Positions 1-12,319 of a stretch of DNA of 64,000 nt are shown in pieces. Position 1 is the stretch's first letter. Every line of letters begins with the position of its first letter. A program made the translations under genes and the position numbers. Source of the DNA: the human T2T-CHM13v2.0 reference genome, Homo sapiens. The notes beneath the pieces are model-generated. The model was given only the letters and a program-made list of their open reading frames with translations, made no database searches and was not told where the DNA came from. The DNA lies in NCBI RefSeq assembly GCF_009914755.1, contig NC_060935.1; one strand, 5' to 3'.

Positions 1-541
1 ATCAAGGCTGTACTGGTTTACACTGTAAAGCCAGAAAGACATAGTGTTCCAGAAAGGAGAGGAGAAAGGCAGGAACCAGTGGGGCCTGGGCTGGAGAGCA
101 GAGGTTTGGAGTTTGCCTCTATTTCCTTTGTTCTCCAGGTGGCTGTTTCCCTCTGAATGTCCTTGGCCTGAAGACATGGTGTTCTTCCTAGTTGCTTTTG
201 ATCAGCCTTACATGTGAATGCAGAAGAGGATTTTTTAATTTTTAAATTTTTTTTATTTTTTAGATTTGCAGAGTGAGAGTCATTGACAGATTGGGTCAGA
301 GCTGCAAAGAGGTTTTTCCATTGAGTGGGAATGCAGATACGGCACGGTTCAACATCCTTCCTGCCTAGAGCAGCCTGAAGTGTCGTGGTATAATGATCTT
401 ATGTCTACTGTCAGGTGGACAAAGCCCTCAACTTTGTTTCCTTATTTATCTCTAAGTACATCCTTGTCATGTAGTTTTATTTTCCTAATTTTAGAAAGGT
501 AGCAAGTCTATGAAGAGGCTTATGTAGGATTCAAGTCCAAG

Positions 542-1014
542 TGTTAAAGCAAACTAAATATGGCCTGAGAAGGACTCTGTACTTCTATAGCTGAGTCCTC
601 GTGGATGAGCTGTAACCTAGCGTAATAGATTACAGTGGAACAACAATTATATACAATTTTGTAGACCTCATCATCATAATATATAAAATTGAAAACCTAA
701 CTTACTAGTGTGCACCTGTAACAATAGCTGCGTGTTGGCTAATCCTAGCGGCCATACTTCAACCACTCACAGACTGTTGAATATTACTGCCTTCAAATAA
801 GGCAAACGTCCAGCTGTAACCAATCTCACTGTTTCTCACTTCCGATTTCTGTATATCACTTTACCTTTTTTGTCTATACATTTGTTCTGATCACGAGGCA
901 CCCCTAGAGTCTCTGTGAATCTGCTGTGATTCTGGGGGCTACCCAATCCACGAATTGTTCATTGCTCAACTAAACTCTTTTAAATTTAATTCAGCTAAAG
1001 TTTTTCTTTTATCA
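542..1014 (+). mobile_element. Solo ERV1-class LTR (MER57-like)
   Basis: Starts TGTTAAAG and ends ATCA, flanked by 4-bp TSD CAAG (538-541, 1015-1018); body resembles the MER57A consensus as I recall it. Confidence 0.75.
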
Positions 1015-2307
1015 CAAGTCTGTGATGTTTTACACTGAGCAGTACTGCACTAGGCTTTTTGGGAATGCAGAAAATATAAGACATGGCCCTGTGGTAAAAG
1101 ATCTTTATTGTTTATTTGGGAAGACAAGATATTTGCACCTGATACATTAAGGCTGGACCCAAGTCATACAAAATCAAAGAAAATGATCCTATGCGTTGAA
1201 GATGTGTTAAAGAACAAGTCATCTATATTGCCTTTGGGCTTTGCCAGCTTTGGTCCAGCTGCCTTCTGTGATCAAACACAGTGGATACTCACCATCCTTG
1301 ATGTTCTTTTTGCTTTATATTGAAATAACACTGTATTTCCCTTTTGGAGAAAACAATTGCCCAGCCTGTAAACAATCATCAAATGCCCCAGATTAACTCT
1401 TTGAAAGGAAGGCAATTTGGCACAGCAACATTCAGGTTAAAAGTGACCCTAAGTCACAGCCTCTATGGAATTGTGAGCTCCTTAAGGGTTGAAGCTGGTA
1501 CTTCACATCTATATTGCACAGAGCCTGGCCCAGAGTGGCTACTCAGTAATGTCTGGTGTTATCATTGCAGATTATTTTCCAGAAGTGGGGGATAGGGGGC
1601 AGGTAGGTGGATGGTGATATCTGACCCACTCTATTGAGGAAGGCCTCACTGCATCTGTGATAAATCTGAACTCTATAGATTTCGTGTCACCATATTCTAG
1701 AGTAGTTTGGAGTCAGAGACCTTGGCAAAGAGTCTAGCTGTCACGGAATCTTCCCTGGTTGGCCCCTCATCCTCCACTCTGAGGCATCCGTCGTCCTAAT
1801 CTACAGATTTGGAACTCCCACGTAGCTTCTGCATACCCTCTGGGACAAAGTTTTTCATAATTTATTATTTTCTTTTCTTTGTTGTCTGAGAGCTTTAAAC
1901 CTCCATGGAGAAATGGTCCCATGGGTCACCCCTGGGAGAGTTACAGGCACATACGTGGAGTATGAGGCATCTTATAGCCAGCTACAATTCTTGTTACTTC
2001 TCTTTCCAGTTCAGCCAGTGGCAGATCTGTGCCCTCTACCTTTGGTTCAGAGAAACTGTGCTCCTTGAATTTGGGGTCTCTGTTCTTCAGTGGGATTCAA
2101 TAACCTGTCCTGGCCACCAGTTCCAAGGTTCTGGGCATGCTTGGCCTTGGTGTTTCACCCAGAGAAGACACTAGGAAACTAGAGAAGCAGTGGGAGGCAG
2201 GTACGTGGCTCCTCTAGAGGCCTATATCCAAAGAGCATGCAAGGCGTGGTGTATGGAAGGAATGTTATCAATCAAATGGATACCAAATCTAGAGGTATGA
2301 TTCCTGA

Positions 2308-2732
<425 letters not shown>

Positions 2733-4065
2733 TAAATATCAATTCAGTTTTCAAGTGAGAAAATGGAGGCACACAGAATTCAACTGATTTGCTTAAGCTC
2801 TTATAGAGTAGGGGTGCCGAGGGACTTTGTGGGGTTTTAGTTCTCCTTCATCTCCATCTGCCTCCTCAAGCCACCTCAAACCTACAATCTAAACAAAATC
2901 AATTTGCTTTTGTTATTCCAGGGCAGCTTCATGACCATTCCCAGAGTCCCACCAGATGGCCATTCCCATGCTGTCCCTTTATTGAAATTCTGTGGTCATC
3001 GCATAGTCCATAAGCAATAGAAGCAAAAGAGTAAGCAGGTTTTACCAGAGTGTACCTTTAAAGTTTCAAAGAACCCGCACATCCACTATCTCATCAATTC
3101 ACAGAATGTTCTGAGAGACAACAAGAATAGATATTATTGCTGCCTAGAGATTAAGAGCTAGAAGCTCAGAAAGCTTGATTCTCACCTTGGTTCCTGTCTG
3201 CTATAGTGGACTCTCTGGCTTGGTTTGGGTCTGGGGTCTCTGTCACATATATGGCTGGAGAAGCCTCCCACTTATTTTCTTATACCTCAGTTTCCCATTT
3301 GTTCCCATCATAGGCAGACTATATGTCAGTAGCTTTGAGGAACAGATTGTATCTGCTCAGTATTGAAGTCCTGGAATAATGAGAGAAGCGCCCAGTTAAT
3401 TGATCAGATTTTATTTTAGGAATATCACCCTCCCTGGGGAGGTGGTATGATGGAAAGATGGTGGGCTCTGGAGTCAGACTGGGCTGGATTCTCATCTGGA
3501 CTCTGTCACTTACTAGCTGGTTGAAGCAGGGATTTTGAGAGCCCCACATACTAGGTCCTTTCCTCTTCCCAGCTACCTGGCAACTAAGCAAACCTAGGGC
3601 TTGGTGGAACAGAGTTTGAAAACAGCTGATAGAGTACAGCTTTCCGGGAAATTTAGAATTAAATTCTGTAGCTAAGAAAAAGAAATTATATGTAGAAGTC
3701 AATTCAATTTGCCTCCCACCCAAGGCCATGAGAGCAGGCTGCTCCAGATATACAAGACATCATTCCTGCAGGCATTGTCAGTCTTGTAGTCCGTTGACAG
3801 TAATTGCATGGACAACACCCAAATTGATTGACTTTTCTGTAAGTATTGTTGAACTTCCTTTTCCTTAAATTTCCTTAAAAACAGGTAGCTAGAAATGGAA
3901 AGGAAACTAAGTACGCTGCCAACGTACAATCAGGAGCATGCAGCCACCCTTTTATTACATCAGTATATATTTATTGCATGTAGACTACATGTCAGTGACT
4001 TTGGCATTAGCAACACAGTAATGAACAAACAAACAAAGGCACTATCTTCAAGGAGCTTCCTTTTG

Positions 4066-4088
4066 TGTGTGTGTGTGTGTGTGTGTGC
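4066..4088. repeat. (TG)n microsatellite
   Basis: About 11 TG units. Confidence 0.9.
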
Positions 4089-4229
4089 GTGATGTTATAG
4101 ACAAACAAATAAATATCTACCAGATGGCAATGAAGCTGTGACCCAAAAAATCAAACTGAGAAGAGGGTCAGAGAGTGAAAGGAACTGCGTTTTCAGATAG
4201 GTGGTCAGAAAGGGCCTCTCTGTTAAGGT

Positions 4230-4450
4230 GGCCCTTGTGCAGGGAATTGAAGAAGTGCAGGAGGATGCCACACAGAGATGGTAGAGGGAGCGAAAGGAGC
4301 AAAGGCCCTAACTTTCCCTTAATGATGTCTCCTTCCATCTTTAGTCCAGCCCAGCAATGTACATGTTATCCTCCCCGTTTGAAGATGAAGACACTGAGGC
4401 TCAGAAAGATCAAACGCCTTTCCCAAACTCACAGCTACGGCCTGACGGAG
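4230..4450 (+). other. OR9Q1: Probable non-coding first exon of OR9Q1 (L2/MIR-derived); 5' end approximate
   Basis: Donor GAG|GTAGGG at 4450/4451 inside a MIR-like segment, about 6.85 kb upstream of the OR6Q1 ATG. This fits my recollection that OR6Q1 is nested in OR9Q1 intron 1. The assignment relies on memory of annotation. Confidence 0.5.
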
Positions 4451-5443
4451 GTAGGGTCAAATGCAGCTCCACTGATTTCAGAGACGGTGCTGTTAACACA
4501 GGGGGCTGTCTGCATGTTGGAAAGTGAGATGTGCTGTTGCTGTCACGTTGCAGTGGGAGTGGGGAAGCAGGCTGTGATGAGCTAGACCCAAGAGGAATCA
4601 GAGAGCAGGTCTCCGGGCTTCATCCTGGGCATCTCCTAGCCCCGCTGTCTGTCTCATAACACCCACCCACTGCGCCTGCTCACCTCGGTTTGTTGGCTGT
4701 TTTTTTTTGAAATCATTTCCTGGATCTTAGTAAGTTTATTTTCCAGTTCCTTTCACTTTTTGGGACTAGGCCCCCAGATGCCAGGTGGAGAGAACTGAAA
4801 GAGGGAGAAATCCAGCGTTTCTCACCAGGCTTGTCACGTAGCTACACAAGCAAATAGCTACAGGAACCAAGTTTTAATTTTCGTGCATGGGCCTCAAACT
4901 GTTTTTCCATATTTGTTAGGGAAAATCTTGGCCAGGGAGCACCGTCTTTTGAGGACACCAAATTGGGCCAAGTTCCTGTGCGGCCTTTCTCCTTATTTAG
5001 TGATTGCCCCGTGTGACCCTCTCCTCTCTGGCTGACCTCTTTTTTCCTGCATGGCACTTGGTGGATAAAGTTCCCTGAACCTTGGAGAGGAAGCAGATGC
5101 TGTTAATAGCCCTGGGAGTGTGACTGTGCTTTGCAGCTCACTGGAGCCTGTGGGATATTCCTCCAGCCTTGGCGGGGCTCCGAGCTGCAGGGAAATTAAC
5201 CTCAGAGTCAGGGCAGAGAGCCAGGGTTGCAGGCACGTTGTCATTGGGTGAAATGAGATGGCAGAGGAAAATGGCACGGTGTGGAGGCTTTTTTTGTCAG
5301 AAGCTCTGGGGTTTGGCTCTTCTCTGTGCCATGTAGTTCTTTGATCTTGCGCAAGTTTACTTACTGTCTCTCTGAGCCTTCAGTGATTTCAATTGCGTGA
5401 AAACCAAGACAAATAACACCTCTATATCAACAATAGTTCATAG

Positions 5444-5844
<401 letters not shown>

Positions 5845-6685
5845 TCCTTTCTCCCTTTTTGGAGAGAAGCTCATCTTCCTACCAACACATGACCCGAAGA
5901 CGTGTTGGGGCAGGGGGGAAGAGGAGTAGAATTTGGATGCTCTGGAACTCTCGCTCAGAAAGAGTTTCTCATTAGACTTGTCTCTGATGACTTCAATGAT
6001 TCCATCAGATATTCATTCTGTTGGGTTAGGCATTGCCTCCCATCTAGGTTGCTTTCATTTGATTTCAGTTAGAAGGTGGTGGAGCTGAGATTTGAAGGCA
6101 TCAGGTGGTCTAATGCCTGAATGTAGCCTTAACCACTGTGCTCTCCTGACTCTCTCCGTGGACCTCACAACCTCTTCTAACAATTCCTCTGGGCATATTA
6201 CCTACTTCCACCTGTCTCTCCCCTGGCTTGCTGGGGTGCCTCCCCCTCCCTCTACTGCACTTGGTTTTGTCAGTTAAGGATTGCCTTCTTTCCACCATCC
6301 CCCACCCTCAGTGTGATTTAATTGGGAAATTGTTTCTTGATCTTACCTGTCCTGTCTTCCTTGTATGCCAACTTCACTGCCCCCTACTTTGTTCTACCAG
6401 ACACATTGCAATTAGCTCATCACATCTCTGTTCTAACCCTTGAGTACTTCTCTATCTTTCCTAAAAGACACAGTTCTTAAAAGGCAGGACTTGCAACTCA
6501 TTTTGGGTTAGAGGCCTGATGCCTGGTACCATGCCTAGAACTCAGGGTCTCCTTGATGAATGCTTGAATGAGGAACTGGCAGGCATAGAACTGTGAGTAA
6601 ACCACTTCACTGAGTTAACAAATTAATAGGTTCAAAAATTTCCAGGAGTTAGATAGTTGTGAAATTCTGTCTCTCAACCTTTTTA

Positions 6686-7158
<473 letters not shown>

Positions 7159-7719
7159 TATCTTAATCTTTTTAATGAATCAGTGTGAATTAATATACAC
7201 TAGAGAAAGAAGTAATGAGACATTTAAAAATTATTTTATTCTTTTAACTCTTTGAATGTTGTTCTCCATATATCAATCCAATCTATTTGACAACTTGAAT
7301 TCATTTCTTGAGTCTCTCAAAGAATGCAATTTGGTGTCAGGCAGTAGAGGAAGAACTGATGGCGATTCAAGCATTTTTCTAGAATCATTCAGTTTAGATT
7401 TTGGGTTTCTGATTTGGAATTCAAGAAAAGCTTCCCTTGCAGTTTGTTAATTAGCATTAGGGTAGGGGGAGCAGTAAGGACTCACTGGGCTTCTGTGCAG
7501 GTGCAATTGCCCACGCATGCCCAACAAAACCCTGGGTATCAGTTGTCCCCCGTCTCCCATTTCTCTGCAGAACAAGAGACAACAGATAATTTGAGGACAG
7601 TTTGGCTGCTTGGTGGTGGCAGAGGTGGTATGTGTGTCCATAAAGTAGGGTAACTACTGCTTGACACAGTAAAGTGGTGTTCTTTTTCGCTCATGTAACA
7701 GTCCTGTGTGAGTCTAGGG

Positions 7720-7933
7720 CAGGGATTGGCAAATTACAGCCCATGGTCCAAATCCAGCTTGTAGCCTGTTTGTGTATGGACCATGAGCTAAGAAAGGGTT
7801 TTACGTTTTAAAGAGTTGCAAAAACAAACAAAATAAACCCACAGAGAAGAATATGTGGCGGAAACTGCCTGTGGCTCATAAAGCTTAAACTATTTAAATC
7901 TGATCCTTTACAGAAAATATTGGGTAATCCCTG
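7720..7933 (+). mobile_element. MER58-type hAT DNA transposon
   Basis: CAGGGATTGGCAAA...TAATCCCTG terminal inverted repeats (TIRs) and a MER58-like body. Confidence 0.65.
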
Positions 7934-8276
7934 CTCCAGGAAGAAGTGAGTCGTTTTCTTCAGGGGTCTAGGATCCTGCCAGCTGTTGGCTCTATGATGG
8001 GGAAAGAGATAGTGGGGAAACTGCTCCTGCTTCTTAAAAAAATCTCAGCCCACAGGTGAAATGCCTCATTGCCTGGATGCAAGGGGATAAAAAGCCGTCA
8101 GCTGTCCCTCTCTCCTTCTCTCTTATATCCTACTTCTTTACCCCTCCTTCAGCTTTTGAGAAACAAGAGCAGATCCTTTCAATGTAGCTAATCTGGGCCT
8201 GATACAAAGGCCACAGGTTCTGGCACTCTCTCTCTAAGCCATGGATCAGAGAGCTGAAAGTATTAAAAAGTAATAC

Positions 8277-8590
8277 CTGCTCTGTACCAGGCCCCAGGGT
8301 GGATGTCGGGGGGGCATCTGTACCAGGCCCCAGGGTGGATGCTGGGGCACCTGCTCTGTACCAGGCCCTGAGATAGATGCTTGTGGCCCTTGCTTTGTAC
8401 CAGGCCCTGGGGCAGATGGTGGGAGAATCTGCTCTGTGCCAGGCCCCATGGTGATGCTGGAGAAACCTGGTCTGTACCAGGCCCCAGGGTGGATGCTGGG
8501 GGCACCTGCTCTGCATCAGGCCTCAGGATGGATGTTGGGGGTACCTGCTTTGTACCAGACCCTGGGGTAGATGCTGGGGGCATCTGTACC
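8277..8590. repeat. ~39-bp GC-rich minisatellite, about 8 diverged copies
   Basis: Unit approximately CTGCTCTGTACCAGGCCCCAGGGTGGATGCTGGGGGCAC, head to tail. Confidence 0.9.
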
Positions 8591-9399
8591 CTCCACCGTG
8601 GTTCCTAGGTCAGAGCAGGTGCCCTCTGCATTTGTTTGCTTGACCTGCATACAAGTTTGGAGGAATGAGATAAGGAAAAAGCCTTCCTAGTGAAGACAGG
8701 ACTATCAAACCTGAGTCACAGATGAAAGGACAGGTAAGATTTAGAAAAATAGTAAGAATTTATAGATGACACAAGAGAGCTAGTAAATTGCAGACCCAGG
8801 GCTTGATCCCAGAGCTGTTTGACTCTAAATCTCATCCTCTCCATGACTATGAAAAATAATGAATTTTTCAGAGAATTTGACTATGAAACTGTCTAACACC
8901 GTAAGTCAAGTCAAACTTCTAGAGCATCTGTGTGCAGTATCTCCACTGGGAAGGGTGATCATTGTTTGGAGGCTGCTACATTGTAAGTGAGGTTGCAAAC
9001 GAGATAAATGGGTGGAAATTGCATCCTGAAATTTCCTTGAGCCAACAGAAGCATGAAGTGTCTGGGGCTGCAATGCAATTATGTGAGAGGAAGCCAATGT
9101 TTATAGACTTCCCACTGTGGGGATGTTAGGCATGGCGAAGACGCACGCAGAAATCTGAAAACTTTGAACTTGTTTATTTCTGATTTTTTATCTCTACATG
9201 CTTTCATTGCCAGGAATTCTGAAGCCAGAAGGAACTTGCTAATTATTTATAGGGGAAAGAGCAAGGGCTTTAGACCTTGGCAAACCTGGATTCAAATTCC
9301 AGTTCAGGAATCTGTGACTGTAGCAAAACACTATTTCTTTTTCTCCAAAGGGTCAGAAATAGTGAATAATTTGCCCAAGTTACACAACTAGGGTATAAC

Positions 9400-9890
9400 T
9401 GCTTTATTTATGTTACTGCATAACAAAGCAGCCTAAAACTTAGTGGTTTAAACAGCAATCAGTTATTTAGCTCACAGATTTTTAATTTGGGGAGGGCTCA
9501 GAAGGGAAGGCTGGTGTCAGCTTGGCCAGCTCAACTGGGGGCTGAATGATCTATTTCTCAGACAGCTTATTCATCCGGCTGGTACGCTGCTGCTGGCTGT
9601 CAGTGGAAGCTTGGCCAGGCTGAGGGCTGAGAGACTTAGTTCCTCTCCACCTAGGCCTTTCCACAGGCTGGATAGGCTTCCTCACACTACTGTCACTGGG
9701 TTTCAAGAAGCAAGAAGAGGAAACTGGGGTTTCCAAGTCCCGGGCCTGGAACCTGGCACAGCATCACTTCCCCCTTATTCTGTTGTTAAGCAGTCACAGA
9801 ACCCAGATTCAATGGGAATAGCCATAGACCTCACTTTTGGATGGGAAGAGTGTTCAAGAATTTGGGGCTGTATTTTAAAACTGGCACAAA
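9400..9890 (-). mobile_element. MLT1-type MaLR LTR (degenerate)
   Basis: Typical MLT1 motifs (AAAACTTAGTGGTTTAAAC..., TCACTTCCCCCTTATTCTGTTG). Confidence 0.6.
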
Positions 9891-10189
9891 AATGGAGATA
9901 TTATATTTTCTCATTTAATTCTAAAATGAGATAGGAAGTAATCTCTTTGGAACTCTTGTATTATCTGTTTTTTAAAAAATGGGATTATTTAGTGATTCAC
10001 TCATGGTCACATATTTCAAGTTGATATTGGAGCTTAAATTCAAACCCAGTGTGGATTCAAACCCAGTTATGTTGATTCTATCTCTTAATAGTCATATTCA
10101 GTCTCCTACTGGCATTTCTGCAGTTAAAGTCACCATCACTCCATGCTATACTTGCAACAACCTCCTAACCCAGCCTTCCTGCCTCCTCC

Positions 10190-10490
10190 TTTTTTTTTTT
10201 TTTTTTTTGACATTAAGTCTTGCTCTGTTGCCCAGGCTAGAGTGCAGTGGCATAATCTCAGCTCACTGCAACCTCTGCCTCCTGGATTCAAGTGATTCTC
10301 CTGCCTCAGCCTCTTGAGTAGCTGGGATTACAGGTGCCCACCACCACACTGGGCTAACTTTTGTACTTTTAATAGAGACAGGGTTTCACAATGTTGGCCA
10401 GGCTGATCTTGAACACCCAACCTCAGGTGAGCTGCCTGCCTTAGACTCCCAAAGTGCTGGGATTACACATATGAGCCACCGGGCCCGGCC
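10190..10490 (-). mobile_element. Alu (AluS)
   Basis: Poly-T followed by antisense Alu. Confidence 0.95.
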
Positions 10491-11301
10491 TCTGGCTCTT
10501 ATCTTGTTCCCCTCCAAACCTGCCCCTTCTAAGGGGTAAAAAGAATAGCATTGCTTCTCTGCTTATAATTCTTAAAGTCTCCCTGTGACCTTTAGACTGA
10601 AGCTCAGCTTTTTCCTTTCCCTTAATTTGGTTGCTAGCCCTTCATGGTGTCCCAGCCTACTCCTCAGGCTCAGAAACAGTCATTTTCTCTCTGTATCTTA
10701 TTCCAGGAGATGTCAACATGTAGATTTCCCCCTTGACATTTATTGACTCAAACATGATGCTAAGTGCTTTACAGGAATTATCTAACTTACATTTTCACAA
10801 CAACTCTGTTAGGTTCTCTTTTATTTGAATCTAGGTATGCTTGCTTGGGAAATCAAGCTCTTGAACTCCATGGTAAACTGTCTCTACTTGAAGTTTCCCC
10901 AATGCACAATCTCCTCTCTGATGTCTGGAATTTTATACTTGTGATGTCTTCTCTCTATCTCTACCTTTTGTCTCACTAACTTATACTTCCTTTTCAGGTT
11001 CAGCTATAGACAGTCTTCCCTCCAGGAAGATTTCTCAAGACTGGTTGAGCTTCCCTGATATTTCTGCTCATAGTATCCTGCCTTATTCTTAGCCAGTGCA
11101 TTTCATTTTGTACTAATATTATTTGTTTTCTCATGTCCCTCATGAACTGTGAATTCTTTGAGGGTAAGAACAGTGTGTTGACATCATGTTTCTCTTCTGA
11201 AGTGAAAGGCATTTTAGTACAACATCCTCCAACCTCACAGGTTCTCTTTGAGCTCTCATTGTCTATGAGGCTATGAGTTTGCTGAGCTCTCACTGCCACA
11301 T

Positions 11302-12255
11302 ATGCAACCATATACCAAAAACTGGACCCAGGTAACTGAATTTGTCATGATGGGCTTTGCTGGCATCCATGAAGCACACCTCCTCTTCTTCATACTCTTC
11401 CTCACCATGTACCTGTTCACCTTGGTGGAGAATTTGGCCATCATTTTAGTGGTGGGTTTGGACCACCGACTACGGAGACCCATGTATTTCTTCCTGACAC
11501 ACTTGTCCTGCCTTGAAATCTGGTACACTTCTGTTACAGTGCCCAAGATGCTGGCTGGTTTTATTGGGGTGGATGGTGGCAAGAATATCTCTTATGCTGG
11601 TTGCCTATCCCAGCTCTTCATCTTCACCTTTCTTGGGGCAACTGAGTGTTTCCTACTGGCTGCCATGGCCTATGATCGTTATGTGGCCATTTGTATGCCT
11701 CTCCACTATGGGGCTTTTGTGTCCTGGGGCACCTGCATCCGTCTGGCAGCTGCCTGTTGGCTGGTAGGTTTCCTCACACCCATCTTGCCAATCTACCTCT
11801 TGTCTCAGCTAACATTTTGTGGCCCAAATGTCATTGACCATTTCTCCTGTGATGCCTCACCCTTGCTAGCCTTGTCGTGCTCAGATGTCACTTGGAAGGA
11901 GACTGTGGATTTCCTGGTGTCTCTGGCTGTGCTACTGGCCTCCTCTATGGTCATTGCTGTGTCCTATGGCAACATCGTCTGGACACTGCTGCACATCCGC
12001 TCAGCTGCTGAGCGCTGGAAGGCCTTCTCTACCTGTGCAGCTCACCTGACTGTGGTGAGCCTCTTCTATGGCACTCTTTTCTTTATGTATGTCCAGACCA
12101 AGGTGACCTCCTCCATCAACTTCAACAAGGTGGTATCTGTCTTCTACTCTGTTGTCACGCCCATGCTCAATCCTCTCATCTACAGTCTTAGGAACAAGGA
12201 AGTGAAGGGAGCTCTGGGTCGAGTCTTTTCTCTCAACTTTTGGAAGGGACAGTGA
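11302..12255 (+). CDS. OR6Q1: Olfactory receptor 6Q1, intact single-exon 317-aa class A GPCR
   Basis: OR motifs PMYFFL, MAYDRYVAIC, KAFSTCAAHL and PMLNPLIYSLRNKEV; N-terminal glycosylation sequon NWT; N-terminus MQPYTKNWTQVTEF recognised as OR6Q1. Confidence 0.95.
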   Translation: MQPYTKNWTQVTEFVMMGFAGIHEAHLLFFILFLTMYLFTLVENLAIILVVGLDHRLRRPMYFFLTHLSCLEIWYTSVTVPKMLAGFIGVDGGKNISYAGCLSQLFIFTFLGATECFLLAAMAYDRYVAICMPLHYGAFVSWGTCIRLAAACWLVGFLTPILPIYLLSQLTFCGPNVIDHFSCDASPLLALSCSDVTWKETVDFLVSLAVLLASSMVIAVSYGNIVWTLLHIRSAAERWKAFSTCAAHLTVVSLFYGTLFFMYVQTKVTSSINFNKVVSVFYSVVTPMLNPLIYSLRNKEVKGALGRVFSLNFWKGQ

Positions 12256-12319
12256 GGAGGCAGGTGGGAACCCAGTTTCCTTGCCTTGGATATTTAAAAA
12301 CAGGTTAGTCAATAACATT

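Noticed and set aside
8277-8590. CRISPR-like array or repeat-protein ORFs (e.g. PPASTLGPGTEQV repeats)
   Set aside because: Units are head to tail with no unique spacers and the context is eukaryotic; the ORFs are by-products of a 39-bp GC-rich repeat
11000-12318. Overlapping and antisense ORFs around OR6Q1
   Set aside because: Shadow frames of the real CDS with no independent motifs
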